Source of the DNA: Octopus sinensis
Taxonomy: Eukaryota
NCBI RefSeq assembly: GCF_006345805.1
Contig: NW_021835502.1
Location: forward strand, 1 to 39,826
Direction: 5' to 3'
Length of the DNA: 39,826 bases
The notes beneath the pieces are model-generated. The model did no database searches. It was given only the letters and a program-made list of their open reading frames with translations, and had not been told where the DNA came from. Position numbers and translations under genes: made by a program. This document shows positions 11,700 through 25,130 of the stretch, piece by piece. The number at the start of each line of letters is the position of its first letter. Positions within the stretch are counted from its first letter, which is position 1.

Positions 11700-12350
11700 A
11701 CTAAGATAGTGATGGTGTTGGTGGCGATGGTGATGGTGGTGGTGATGGTGGTTGTAATGTGATGGTGGTGGTGGATGTGGTGATGGGGATGATGGTGGTG
11801 GTGGTGGATGTGGTGGTGATGTTGGTGGTGGATGTGGTGGATGTGATGGTGGTGGATGTGGTGGTGATGGATGTGATGGTGGTGGTGGTGGTGGTTGTGG
11901 TGGTTGTGGATGTGGTGGTTTGGATGTGGTGGTGGTGGATGTGGTAGTGGTGATGGTGGTGGATGTGGTGGTGGTGGTGGTGGATGTGGTGGTGATGTTG
12001 GTGGTGGATGTGGTGGATGTGATGGTGGTGGATGTGGTGGTGATGGATGTGATGGTGGTGATGGTGGCGGTGATGGTGATGGTGGTGGTGGTGGTGATGG
12101 TGGTGGTGGTGGTGATGGTGATGGTGGTGGTGATGGTGATGGTGATGGTGATGGTGATGGTGGTGGTGATGGTGGTGGTGAATGCGGTGGTTGTGGATGT
12201 GGTGGTTGTGGATGTGGTGGTGGATGTGGTAGTGGTGTTGAATGTAGTGGTGGTGATGGTGATGATGGTTGTGGTGGATATGGTGGTGGTGGTGGATGTG
12301 GTGGTGATGGTGATGGTAGAATTTATGATGTCATTAGAGATGACGGTGGT
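11700..12350. repeat. GGT/GAT/TGG low-complexity tract with an internal direct duplication of period about 176 bp
   Basis: GTTGGTGGTGGATGTGGTGGATGTGATGGTGGTGGATGTGGTGGTGATGGATGTGATGGT starts at both 11821 and 11997. Confidence 0.9.
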
Positions 12351-12988
12351 GGTGGCGGGCACCGTCGCCGTTTTCCATCGCCATCGTCATCGTGGTACTC
12401 ATAATGCTGGTAGTGTTTATACTAGCTGTGTTAGCATCAGTGACGGAAGAGATGCCGATGGTAACGATGGTACTGACGATGGTATTGACGATGTTGCTAG
12501 ACGTAGCAATGATCCAGTCTGTGTTTTCTTCTATAGCCTCCAACCATTATTCTTGTATTGTTATGAAAGCTGCAACGTTAATAGGTGCACATTCGGTGCA
12601 CCACTCTATTAAATGAAATAACAACACTGCAATATAATGCAACCAAAGACTCTTTAGATAAATACATTCGTTGTCGTCGTCGTTGTTGCTGTTGTTGTTA
12701 TTGTTGTTGTTGTTGTTGTTGTTGTTGTTATTGTCGTTGTTGTTGCTTTCATATTTATTTTACTCGCTTGTGTCCGTGTTTTTCAGCGATTTCATTGCTT
12801 CCCACAGCTGTTGAACTTGCTGTCGTTCCTATTATTGTCGTTGCTGTCCTTATTGGTGGTGGTGGTGGTGGTGGTGGTGGTGGTGGTGGTGGTGGTGGTG
12901 GTAGTGGTGATGATGGTGTTAGTGATAATGTTTTTGGTTGCTTTGGTCATTAGACTTCGGCTCATGTCAGTGCATCGATGCTGTGGAT

Positions 12989-13023
<35 letters not shown>

Positions 13024-13479
13024 CATATACATATATATATATACATATACACACATATATACATACATATATGCACATATATATCTGTGCGTGCGTGCGT
13101 GTGTGTGTGTGTAGAAAAGTAGATAAGCACAGGTAAGGTAAGATTAATGAGTATATTTACATGGTATGCAAAACACAAAGTACGGAATACAGAATGAAAA
13201 ACGCAAAGACAATATAATAGTCTTGACAGCTGTTTCGGTTCAACCATGGCAATATATGTAAAATTCATTTTTAACTATAGAAGCTTTGCTCTTACGAGCG
13301 AGGATTATATATTGTTTATGTCATTATTTATGAATATATATGTATATATATATCACGCACCACTGCACTATACACCACCATACACACAACACCACATCAC
13401 ATCACACCACCACGCACACACTAGCACTGACCACTTCCCAGCCCTACATCAACACACCTACACATACACACACGCACGC

Positions 13480-13746
13480 GTACCGTTTTGGGATCGCCAC
13501 TACTTTATTATTTCCCCGTCTTCCTAGCTCTCCTGTATGACCCCTCTGTCCGACATTCGCCCATGATGGATCGGTAGCCACTACACATTCCTTATTTTCT
13601 CTCCTTGTTTCTTTCTGTGTTCGTTTCTGTGAAAGAGCATAGGCTCGAAACGTTAAAGACTTTTTCACTTCCCCAGCGTTAAACTGATACATCTGTTTGT
13701 TGTCTAAACCACCTGACTTCGTCTTTTTTTGTATGTGTATTCTCCC

Positions 13747-13750
<4 letters not shown>
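13480..13750 (+). mobile_element. short Penelope-like terminal (pLTR-type) fragment with a hammerhead-like motif, abutting (TA)n
   Basis: CTGTGAAAGAGCATAGGCTCGAAACGTT at 13627-13654; a second related copy lies at 19615-19800. Confidence 0.55.
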
Positions 13751-13785
<35 letters not shown>

Positions 13786-14599
13786 ACCTGTACGCACATA
13801 TACGTCTGTATGTGTATGTTCGCCTCTCTGTATATGTATATGTATATATAAACACACACACATACACGCGCGCACGCACATACCCACATAAACTCACACA
13901 CACACACACACGCATCCACACGCACGTACGCACCTCTGTAGCTTGCCGTTGAGTCTCTCTCTATATTTTTTTCTGACAGGATTACATGTGTGAACCACTT
14001 GCTTAAAATTGCTACCACATCATCTCCCTTATCTCAGTGAAGAGTTCCCTATAGGATTTCATTTAATGCAATATTGCTACTAGCGTATTTTCTATATGGC
14101 AAACATTAGCAGAGGTGGCTATTTTGAAATGGCGAAGCGGACATTTTAAAAGTTTACTATCAAAAAGACCAGTTTGTTTTCTAATAGCTAACATTTCACA
14201 ATATATTAAAGTTAATATTAATATATATTATTAATTTCTTCCTCTCCTACTCCCATAAACTGTATTTTTTTAGTTATTTTGTTAGATTTGTTTTTACTGT
14301 TGCTTTTTTTTTTTTGCCTGTTAAGTTTGTTTTCGTTCTTTTTTTAGTTATATTTCCCCATTTTTTTCTATACCTATTATTAATTTTTTTTTCGTGCAAA
14401 AATAACAAATATTGATTTGTTAGCTAGAAATATTATTATACAATATTAATGGATAATCTATATGGATTTCAAGTTTTTCGCTTTTGGTTGGTTTGTTTTT
14501 GCATTTTTCTTCATTTACTTGTTGGCGATGTGGGTGGATTATATTTTTCCCTATTCTCTCGAATGCCATCCCTGCTCACTCACTCACTTTCTCTCTCTC

Positions 14600-14654
14600 A
14601 CTCTATCTATCTATCTATCTATCTATCTATCCATCATCTATCTATCTATCCATC

Positions 14655-14725
<71 letters not shown>

Positions 14726-14737
14726 CCACTCTCTCTC

Positions 14738-14800
<63 letters not shown>
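14600..14800. repeat. (CTAT)n microsatellite
   Basis: Direct reading. Confidence 0.95.
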
Positions 14801-14909
14801 CACTCTCTCATTCTCTCTTGCTTAAGATCCACTCCTCCGCGAACAGTCTTTATTCCATTATTTTTCCGCCTACCTTTTATCTATGCCTAAACGCGCGCGC
14901 GAATGCAGG

Positions 14910-14963
<54 letters not shown>

Positions 14964-15217
14964 ACACAAACACGCACACATTTATATATTCATATGTGTA
15001 TATATATATATATGTATATGAAATTTCTCATTTTATAAACTTGTATTGAATCCTATTAAATTTCTGCAAAGGCCAGATACATTTCTACGAAGAAATAATA
15101 AAATAGATTGTAATATAAATAGACTGGTGATTAAACAGACCTTAGGCTATGACAGGTATTTATAATTACGGACGCAAATCAATTTCATCAGATGTGTATA
15201 TGCAGGCACAACTTCGT

Positions 15218-15440
15218 TCTTTTATTCTTTCATTCTTTTAATTGCTTCAGTCATTTGAGTGCGGCCATGTAGGAGCACCGCTGTATAGGAATTTAGTCGA
15301 ACAAATCCACCCCAAAGTTTTTCTTTGTAAGCCTAGTACTTAATCTATCATTTGCGCTATGCAGAACCACTAAGTTACGGGGACGTAATCAAACTGACAT
15401 CGGTTGTCAGGCGATGGCAGCGGACAAACACAGACACACA
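15218..15440 (-). mobile_element. SINE family B, 3' half
   Basis: TTCAGTCATTTGAGTGCGGCCATGTAGGAGCACCGC...CTAAGTTACGGGGACGTAA matches 9290-9425. Confidence 0.8.
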
Positions 15441-15465
15441 TTCATAGATATATGTGCGTGTGTGT

Positions 15466-15836
15466 GTGGAGGTGCAATGGCCCAGTGGTTAGGGTAGCGG
15501 ACTCGTGGTCGTAAGATTATGGTTCCGATTCCCAGACTGCGCGTTGTCAATGTTTATTGAGCGAAAACACCTAAAAGAAAAAAGGTCCACGAAGCTTCGG
15601 CAGAGAAGGGGTGGCGAACCCTTCTGTACACTTTTACTACAACTTTCCTTCACTTTTCTGTTGTACCTATATTTAAAAGGGTCAGCCTTGTCACAGTCTG
15701 TGTCACGCTGAATCTCCGCGAGATCTTTGTTAAAGGCACAAGTGTCTGTGGAGTGCTCAGCCACTTGCACGTTAATTTCACGAGCTGGCTGTTCCGTTGA
15801 TCGGATCAACTGGAAGCCTTGAAACCAACGGAATGC
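15466..15836 (+). mobile_element. SINE family C, tail type 2
   Basis: A-box TGGCCCAGTGG, B-box-like GGTTCCGATTCCC, shared body, then a distinct tail (GGGTCAGCCTTGTCACA...GCACGTTAATTTCACGAGC...GATCGGATCAACTGGA). Confidence 0.85.
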
Positions 15837-15968
15837 ATATACATATATGTATATATATGTATGTATATGTATGTATATATATATATATATATATATACTT
15901 ACATATAAGACCAAAGGGGTACGGGCGCCGCTATATATATATATGTTTATATGTGTATTATGCATGTG

Positions 15969-16020
<52 letters not shown>

Positions 16021-16022
<2 letters not shown>

Positions 16023-16185
16023 ATATAAAATGGGACAAGAACGCAAAACATCCAGATAGACGATACAAAAAATACGGACGGGTCATTCGAAGCTTTAATC
16101 TTCAGTCAAGAACCGGATCATCCTCGCATTTCGGCTGATTAATCTTGAGATTGCTCCAATCTGGCCAGCCCCAAGGAAAGACTAA
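16021..16185. mobile_element. interspersed repeat (two copies in window) adjoining (TA)n, probably a Penelope-type terminal fragment
   Basis: GGGACAAGAACGCAAAACAT...TCTTCAGTCAAGAACCGGATCATCCTCGC recurs at about 33671-33787; the family assignment is inference. Confidence 0.6.
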
Positions 16186-16229
<44 letters not shown>

Positions 16230-17328
16230 TTTTTGGTGATGTCATAAAAATTTATCAACTTTCGAAGTAACATGAAATAATTCTTTTGAGGAGTAGTGGA
16301 TCTCGTAGCACATAAAGCTATAAAATATAGCTTGTGAATATTTGAAATCAAATGTTATCGTATGTATGAGATAATGGCTTAAGGTTTGTTGTTGTCTTTA
16401 CATCATATCAAGGTGAGTGGTCAGTGAAAAGGCAATGAAAGACGATATATGATCAGTTGGGGTCTGAATGGCCTCGCAAGCCTCTATGACTTCTGAACAG
16501 TACTTGGCCATCCCAGATCACTGCCCCATTTTTGAGTGTAGAGTAGATACGAAAGAAAGGAGACTGATCGTTTAACTGAGAAACCCCTCTTGATTTTCTT
16601 GTAACATTTCTCATTGTTTTCAGTTGAAAGCCTACCCAGGACAACTTCGCCTTTCATTCCACTCTGGTTCGATAATCTAAATTTGTAGCAGTGATGTTCT
16701 GAGATTAATATAATCGATTCTAACCGCCCCTTGACATCCATATATTTCCCGTCTGTTTGTCCTTCTGATTCATAATTCTAATTATGTGACCATTACTAAT
16801 CATGTGTCATAACCACTACCGCTCTTCGGATTTCTTAGTCCCACATAAGGAACAGTAACGACGAGCAACAATCATGCCAAATTTCTTCGTTTCACTCCAG
16901 GCAATTTGCCATCTTGCTTATGAACAACATTCCGTGTGATTTGCTTATTTCCATGGGAAAATATTAATTTTCCGTTCATGAAATCTTTCCTCCAGCAACT
17001 GCATCACCCGATGATTAATCTGAGGATTTGTGTATATCTCGATACGAAATCAATCAAATTTCTGTCGTGTGTGCATGCATGTATGTATGTATGTATGCAT
17101 GTATGTATGTATGTATGTAAGTATGTATGTATGTATGTATGTATGTATGTATGTATGTATGTATATAGTATGTATGTATGTATGTATGTATGTGGTATGT
17201 ATTATGTATGTATATATATATATATATATTATATATTATATATATATATATATATATAGTTTTTTTATTCTTTATGTGTTTCAGCTAGGCGGGGTGTGGT
17301 CATGCTGGAGCATATATATATACATATG

Positions 17329-17403
<75 letters not shown>

Positions 17404-17702
17404 GTATACATATATAATATGTATATATAAATACATACATATGTATACATATATAAATATATAGTCATATCTATATAATATATACACACCACAAAATATA
17501 TACATATGAATGTATATCTATATATATTTATGCATGTGTGTGTGTACGTGTGTGTGTGTACATGTGTTTGTTTGAGTGTTTGTGTGTGTGTGTGTGTGTG
17601 TCTGTCTGTGTGTGTGTGCTTGTATTATAATTATAAGAAAACATTAAATATGAACTATGGAAGAATCTACTGCCTCGAGGAACAAAACCTCTTTCCCTCC
17701 TA

Positions 17703-17981
<279 letters not shown>

Positions 17982-18410
17982 CGAGATTGCGTAGGAAACT
18001 GTGTCAGTAAAGTCTTTTCCGGTGATAACATACATTGTTGCTGATGATTATCAAGAGTTTTGATGTAGGGCAGTGGCCAGATGGATTACACCTGGGTGAG
18101 TGGAGAGAGAAGAAGAGGAGAGAAGGAAAAGAGTGAAAATGATGGGTGCGAGGAGGAGTAGGAGACCGACAGACGGAGAGAGGAAGAGAGAAAGAGAGAG
18201 TGAGTGAGTGATTGAGAGACAGTGAGTGAGTAGGATAGAGAGTTCGAAGTAAAAAAAAATTAAAGGATGGATTGGGTTTTGTAGACACAAGACAGATCAT
18301 AACTGGTAGAGGGTATGTGTTTGTTTGTATACGTGCGTGGGTGCCCACGTCTATATGTATATGTATACAAACATACATACATGCATACAAGTATATATGT
18401 GTGTGCGTCT

Positions 18411-18827
18411 AAGGCGGCGAGCAGGCAGAAACGTTAGCACGCCAGGCGAAACGCGTAGCTGTATTTCGTATGCCGCTACGTTCTGAGTTCAAATTCCACC
18501 GAGGTCGACTTTGCCTTTCATCCTTTCGGGGTCGATAAATTAAGTACCAGTTACGCACTGGGGTCGATGTAATCGACTTAATACCTTTGTCTGTCCTTGT
18601 TTGTCCCCTCTATGTTTAGCACCTTGTGGGCAATAAAGAATTAGGTATTTCGTCTGCCGCTACATTCTGAGTTCAAATTTCGCCGAGGTCGATTTTGCCT
18701 TTCATCCTTTCGGGGTCGATAAATTAAGTACCATTTACGCACTGGGGTCGATGTAATCGACTTGATCCCTTTGTCTGTCCTTGTTTGTCCCCTCTGTGTT
18801 TAGCCCCTTGTGGGTAGTAAAGAAATA
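18411..18827 (+). mobile_element. SINE A dimer (one head, two bodies)
   Basis: Head AAGGCGGCGAGCAGGCAGAAACG; junction GAATTA|GGTATTTCGTC at 18643/18644. Confidence 0.92.
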
Positions 18828-19614
18828 GTATATATGTGTATGTGAGAGAGAGGGGGTGGAGAGAAAGAGAGAAAGAGAGTGGGAGAGAGAGGGAAGAGAG
18901 CGACTGACAAAAAATGGAGAAGTAAGGATTAAAATAATGATTCGGACAAAGTAGTAGATAGATAGTTTATAAGAGGTTGAAAGAGGGAGGAAAGGGGGGA
19001 AGAGAGAGAAGCTAGACCAACAGTAAAGAAAGGAAGGAAGAGAGAAGGAGCGAGGAGAGGGGGAAGGAAACTGAAGAGTAAGAGAGAGAAATAGGCTAAA
19101 AGAAAGAAAGGAGAGAAGGAGGGAGGGAGCAGGAAGAGAGAAAATATGCAACAAAGGATAAGTGAGGTTGTTTAAGATCAAAAGAACGTCATTAAGTTAA
19201 TTTAAGATTGTATTTATTTGAGATTTGGCAGAATAACAAGAAAATATTAGCAATTATAGAGGAGGAGAAATCCGGGACGTTTGGAAACAATGAAGTTTCG
19301 GATGGAAAATCGGGACGATTTGGAAATAATTGAATCTTGGATGGAATGCTGATGCTGGGAGGATGGGGATTTTTTGGAAATCGTGTTGAAGGAAGAAAAA
19401 AAAAATCTATCGTCTGATTATGTCTCATGACTAATAAACTGATCCATTGATTTTAAAGAACATTTTAACCCCTTGAATATATGTGCGAGTTCGTGTGTGT
19501 GTGTGTGTATGTGTGTGTGTGTATGCGAGGTGTGGGGTGTGTGCGTGTATGGTGTGCACGTGTATATGTATATATATATATATAATATATATATATTATA
19601 TATATATATATGTG

Positions 19615-19800
19615 ATAGATCGTTAGCCATTACACACATTTTTTTTTCTCTCCTGTTTTTTCTGTGTTCCTTTCTGTAGAAGAGCGTAGGCTCGAAACGT
19701 AAAATACTTTTTCTATTCCTGAGCGTTATACTAATATATCTGTTTGTTTTGTACACCACCCGTCTTCGTCTTTTGTTTTTTTCGTAAACTCTCCCTATAT
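19615..19800 (+). mobile_element. second short Penelope-like terminal fragment with a hammerhead-like motif
   Basis: CTGTAGAAGAGCGTAGGCTCGAAACGTA at 19674-19701; homologous to 13590-13750; ends CTCCCTATATA. Confidence 0.55.
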
Positions 19801-20085
19801 ATATGTCGCATACACAGCAATATCGACTGCTTAATGTGTACTATAGAATAACGTTTTTTCAGCTTATAGAAATTCGATATGGGAAAAATTTACAACCCTT
19901 CGCGTCAATAAACAACTATTGTTCCTGAAAGTTGTTTTTCTTCTTTTTTTACCTTCTACAGACTGCTCAAAGCTTACTAATTTCCTACACCTTGAGCCTT
20001 GAATCTTACATTTACATACTACTATACAGATACACAGACATACAGACACAGACACACAGACACACACACAGACACACAAACACAC

Positions 20086-20116
<31 letters not shown>

Positions 20117-20119
20117 AAA

Positions 20120-21377
20120 CAGGATGCGGTGAATAAATTGTCGTCTATCATATTTTAGCAGATATATTTACCAAAATTACATATTTTGAAGTACTAAAAA
20201 GTAAATTTATTCAAACTCGCCACTGGCTTCAACCACGGATGCCCGACGTCTTCGGCATCTCAGGCAAATCTTCTGGACGTTTTCCTTGTTTAAGTTGGTG
20301 AATGATGCCATAATCCTTACCTTCTGTTCATCTTTCATGCTGCAAAGAGTTTTGATAGTCTCTCGCTCAACTGTGTCCCACACCTAATAATCAAGGGGGT
20401 TGCAGTCTGGGAAATTAGATGGTCAGATGTCGGAGGTAATTTGGTCGCAGAAATTGTCTGACATCCATAACTGGGTTCTCATGGTTGTGTGGCATGGTGC
20501 AGAGTACTGTTGCCAGACATAGGGTCTTCCAGCAGCTACCTTCTTCACCCAGGGCAGTACTACCTCCTCCAGGCACTTGATGTAGGCCTCTGTGTTGAGT
20601 CTGAGGCCGTGTGATAAGATGAATGAAGGTATAACGCGCCATCACTAATGATCGCTCGAAACACCATGATGTTGACTGGATGTTTGATTTTTATGCCTCA
20701 CGGTACATGTTTTGGGGACATGGCAAACCAATGGTTGTTCTGTGTATTCACCATCTGATCTTGGCAGCAATTTTTTCGTCAGAGAAAAACCAAAGCATGT
20801 TCCAATGAAGGAGATGAGTTTGTTCAAAATCTTCATAGCGCGGTCTTTCCTCTTGTCCTTGCTGGCTTGAGTTAAAAACCGGCCTTCTCATTTTTTATGA
20901 GGAATACCGAATTTCTTCCTGCACTACCTGTCTAATCAGAAACTCAGACACACCCATGTCCCTGACGATGTACCTGATTGACGTGAAGGGATCGTTGTCA
21001 ATCATAGTCTGGATCTCACCAGGAAATTCATGAGTTCTTTTCTTATGAGGACGATCAGATTGAGTTTTTCGAGCTGCCGTACTTTTGCAATCACCATTAG
21101 ACCCATCCACTTTTTTTCTAATCCTCTGGACTGCCCTCAGATTGACACTCAATCACTCTGAAATGTTCATAATAGAGCTTCCGGCGCGAATGCCAAACTG
21201 TACAGCATGTCGTTTCCAAATTTCTGGCAGAGTGAATTGCTTCATGGTGTTGTGTTTTCTCGCAGACGGTGCCCAACTGAGCCTACCATGCTGTGTAGTC
21301 GGCAAAATGAAAAACAAACAATGCGCATGCACGAAATTAAAAGTATAAAACGGCGACAATTTACCCATCGCACTTTG
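20120..21377 (-). mobile_element. decayed Tc1/mariner transposon, DD37D (maT-like)
   Basis: Degenerate TIRs CAGGATGCGGTGAATAAATTGTCG / CGACAATTTACCCATCGCACTTTG with TA on the right side; encloses a disrupted transposase. Confidence 0.85.
20207..21245 (-). pseudogene. DD37D transposase pseudogene (stops and frameshifts; second catalytic D changed to Y)
   Basis: Pieces MKQFTLPEIWKRHAV..., WFFSDEK, GRPYVWQQ(Y)SAPCH...I*PSNFPDCNPLDY; 37 residues between the second and third acidic positions. Confidence 0.9.
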
Positions 21378-21436
21378 TATATATACAATTCTGATTACTG
21401 TTCGTTAGTACCGCTATGCCGCCTAACCGAAATTAT

Positions 21437-21744
21437 CACGTGATCACGTGACCGACCAGACCATCAGATGTTGTTACACATCGCTGGTCACAATGCGTTC
21501 GCATTGTTTCAGCCTTCGAATGACGCCACCCCGCTGGCTAAGCGAGCAGGCCAACAGAAGAAAGAGTGAAAGAAAGTTGTGGTGAAAGAGTACAGCAGGG
21601 TTTGCCACCCAACCCCCTGTCGGAGCCTCGTGGAGCTTTAGGTGTTTTCGCTCAATAAACACTCACAACGCCCGGTCTGGGAATCGAAACCGCAATCCTA
21701 GACCGCGAGTCCGTGCTCTAACCACTGGGCCATTGCGCCTCCAC
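21437..21744 (-). mobile_element. SINE family C, tail type 3, full-length with 12-bp TSD
   Basis: AACCGAAATTAT at 21425-21436 and 21745-21756; tail GTCATTCGAAGGCTGAAACAATGCG...GGTCACGTGATCACGTG. Confidence 0.92.
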
Positions 21745-22209
21745 AACCGAAATTATATTTACTCATAACTACGCAGATGTACACACACAATTACAAGCAT
21801 GCACGCGTGCACACTCACACGCACGCACACACAAAGACACACACGCGCACACACACCATATGTGCTTGTGTATATCTTGGGATTCTCCCTGTTTCTTTTA
21901 CAGCTACACAAACACTCTTCCAAACTCTTCTACCGTTTTTGTGCCTTTCTCTCTTCATCTCCCCCTCCCTTACTTGACCGCTCCCACTTCGTCAGTCGCC
22001 CTCTCATTTCCAATACCTTCCACTCTCTTCACTCTCTCTCTCTTTCTCTTTCTCCCTCTTTCTCCCTCTTTCTCTCTCTTTTCTCTCTTCTCTCTACCTT
22101 CAGCTCTTCCCCTAATCTTATCTCTCCTATTCTGTCAGTCTCATTCTTATTCCCATTCCCATCCACACTCTCTCCTCCCTCCTTTCTCTCTCTCTCTATT
22201 TCTCTTCCG

Positions 22210-22253
<44 letters not shown>

Positions 22254-22284
22254 ATTATATATATATATATATATTATAATATAC

Positions 22285-22328
<44 letters not shown>

Positions 22329-23319
22329 CATATATATATATACGATGTTATATATATATATATACATATAATATATGTATATATATATGTTTATATATAA
22401 TAGATATATATATAATTATATCTATATATATGTATATATATATTATATATATATATATATATATAATATATAATTATATATACATATATATATATATACA
22501 TACTCTCTCTCTATATATATTCTATGCTGGCGTTGTTCTAGTATTTAGAACTAATTTCTTGGTTGATTACGAAATAAACTAATAAAGTTGGGTCTATTTG
22601 CAACGGTAATATAATGTAAAGATGGTGAACGGGTAGATGGTCGGGTGAGTGAATTGGTTGGCGGTAGACGAAGTTGGCAATGTATATCGAGGCTATTGAT
22701 ATTTGTCCAATTATTACTGGAACCGTAGCAGTGGAAGAATACTTACACGTGGCTAAAACCCCGAAGAGCAGAAAATATTTCATTTGTCCAACGGTAATCG
22801 ATAACACATCATCGATATCACTATTTACTCAAACCAAGGTAACTGTACGGGGTTCATTAGCGTAAGCTTCTTGTAGTATGCAGCTGCGCCATCTGCACCA
22901 TCCGTGTTTGCGCAATTCAAGATGTCTGCCGATATTTACTGTGTACTCAATGGATAGAAATGAAACCTTGCTTATGATTTGTTTTGTTTTCTTTAAATAT
23001 GATGATACACCTAACTAAATAGAAAATCGCAAGAGAAGAAAAATAGTTTAATCACAGCGACAGAATATATTGTATTGCATCTGGACATTTTGATTTTTGT
23101 TAGTGTACTTCTTCCTGTTGCGGTGTAGTGCCAACAACATACACTATCAATAATACTCCAACGTTGTGATGGGAACTGGTAACATGCTATTCTCTCATTC
23201 ACACGATAATATGTAGAAACCCATGTCACCAAAGGTTGTAATAACACAGAAGAACATTAAATACTAGAAATCTTTGTCGTTGTCGTTCAAACCTCGGTAG
23301 GTATTGGTACAGTACCTTT

Positions 23320-23600
23320 ATAATCATGACGCTCTAGCTCTAGCTGTAACCATCTCATATTTCAGTATATCGTATATATTTGAACTAACTAGTGGCCAAT
23401 GTTCTCTTAAAATGGTAGATAAATGTGGATTAGTGAAACTGGAGGAGCGTCGGACAAGATGATATGCGGCGCCCCTTCCGGTCCTTCGCGTCCCGACAGC
23501 AACGTCTGTGAAAATGCTGGTGACAAGCTGTATCGGCCCGAGTGGTGCATGGCCTTTTCCTTGGATAAACATTGGTAACCTGGAGGAGGAGGGTATTTGC
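23320..23600 (-). pseudogene. possible Penelope-like RT-to-GIY-YIG linker relic
   Basis: NPHLSTILREHWPLVSSN...EMVTARARA resembles the PLE linker from recall; weak similarity only. Confidence 0.3.
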
Positions 23601-23716
23601 ATGCATAGCTAACAGCCAGGCACGGAAAATAATTTTTGGCCTAACCCTGCACATACAGAAAAAATAGTTAACTTTGATCTCTAGTTCCTTCCTGCAATAT
23701 GGTAAAATCCCCGATT

Positions 23717-23850
23717 ACCACAACTATTCCCTGTCCACACTGTCAGAGAACCTTCCAGCCATGGTTTGTCCCGATCAGACACCAACGCATACGCAAATCC
23801 CAACCCCAGGATGACTAGATAGTCCTTGTCGTTCTAACGGACGAACGCAC
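23717..23850 (+). mobile_element. RTE-clade LINE 3' end (C-terminal zinc finger + short 3' UTR)
   Basis: TTTIPCPHCQRTFQPWFVPIRHQRIRKSQPQDD* (stop 23816-23818), then GTCCTTGTCG..GACGAAC; fits the RTE CPxCxRTFxARIGLxxH motif. Confidence 0.8.
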
Positions 23851-24089
23851 ATAACATGATAGCTGCGATATGAGGATAATGTTGGCTGCTACATCTACAG
23901 TGCAGAGGGTTTCCCAGATTCTACCTATCGTACTATTCAAGCTTTCACCATATCTACACATTTATTTAGTCGGCACCGTACCTCAATATCTAAACCCCAT
24001 CCTTTATATTTTACCCCCTTTGTTGAGATATTCACAAGGTTGCTATCTACCCACCCACAATCCTCACACAGTATCTAACTATTATCAAG

Positions 24090-25130
24090 TCAGTGAGTAG
24101 GTGATCTAATTTCGGCAATTACATTTGGATACTACGGTGAAATGTTGTGTAGGTACGTGTTTTTATCTGTTATAGCGCGCAATATTAGACTAACTACTTT
24201 CTAGCCACTACTACCTCTTATTAGCATTATGGACATTAAAGGTTTCATTATATTGATATGTGCTAGTAATGTGTTAGCTTGTTAAGATAGGAAATTCTTT
24301 ATTATGTTGGTGGAGATATCTGTATTTGAATGATAAAACAAGTTCCTTTGTTTTTCGTTCTTATTAACACTTTCATATGTTTGTCTTAAATATCCATGCT
24401 TGTTTGCAGACTTTTTGCTTACGCTCTGAATAATGAAAAGCTTTCCTTTCATAAATCCTAAATTACTCAGTTGGTTGAAAACATTGTGGTTATAGATAAT
24501 GTAAAATGCATGGATGCCAGGAAAATATTCCTATGTATCACGTGATACATGAAACAGCAAAGATTCAATTCTCTTTGGATGGCAATGTGATACACAACAT
24601 ATACTAATATTTTTCTGTAAAGCCACATTTCAATAATGCCATATCCTAATGAGGTACGTCTCTATTGAATATATCTCGTATATCTCAGAAATTACATATT
24701 CTTCTCCAGATACCGGCTTGAAAATTTTTAATTACTTCAGAACAGGTTAGAATTGCTGTGAACGTATATAATTTGCTTGTTATACATTGCAGAGTAATAG
24801 TAATTCCCTGTACGTAGACCGATAGTAATGTCCAGGAAGTTGATTGTGTTTACACTGACGGTTATGTTCATGTTTAAAACAAACTCGGAAGCAATTGCTA
24901 TATTTATTCACAGCGGAACATTAATGTTGCTTCAAATTGCTAAGCCATCGTTTCTGTACAAGCCTGAAAAATGAGAGATGGGGATGTTTCTAAGAATGTC
25001 GAAGACAAAATAATCCAACCAAGTCTGGAATTTCAGCGGAATCGTAACTCCCTCAGTGGACATCAAGTAGTGGTTTATATCACACGTTTTGAGTCAGTAG
25101 CGATCAATGTATTACAAGAGAGATTTCATA
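24090..25130 (-). pseudogene. Penelope-like retroelement reverse transcriptase relic (C-terminal-endonuclease type)
   Basis: Ordered motifs KSLL, GSYDSAEIPDLVGLF, GLYR(N)DGLAI, NFLDIT, IYVHSNSN, LKCGF, TNIIKNFL, CNCRN, with many stops and frameshifts. Confidence 0.85.

Noticed and set aside
11244-12362. 372-aa Thr/Pro/His-rich mucin-like ORF and overlapping Gly/Val-rich ORFs
   Set aside because: Several frames on both strands are open because GGT/GAT repeats lack stops; no complex domain or splice context.
16021-16185. Hammerhead ribozyme in the GGGACAAGAACGC repeat family
   Set aside because: CUGAAGA and GAAA are present on the minus strand, but I could not build valid stems II and III.
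16380-17030. Possible piggyBac-like Cys-rich tail (RRYCSLCGTKK) or host exon
   Set aside because: Only a few residues match and stops surround them; left unassigned.
19265-19335. Two short AAATCCGGGACG-like direct repeats
   Set aside because: Too short and degenerate to assign; may be a transposon subterminal remnant.
23600-23900. Apparent APE endonuclease motifs on the minus strand (VVIGDF, DYLVILG)
   Set aside because: The plus strand gives a much better match (RTE C-terminal zinc finger and 3' UTR); the minus-strand motifs are in different frames and probably coincidental.
24090-25130. In-frame TGA codons as selenocysteine (selenoprotein-type PLE)
   Set aside because: The copy also has TAA/TAG stops and frameshifts, no SECIS was recognised, and the domain order differs from the N-terminal-EN Naiad elements in which this is described.
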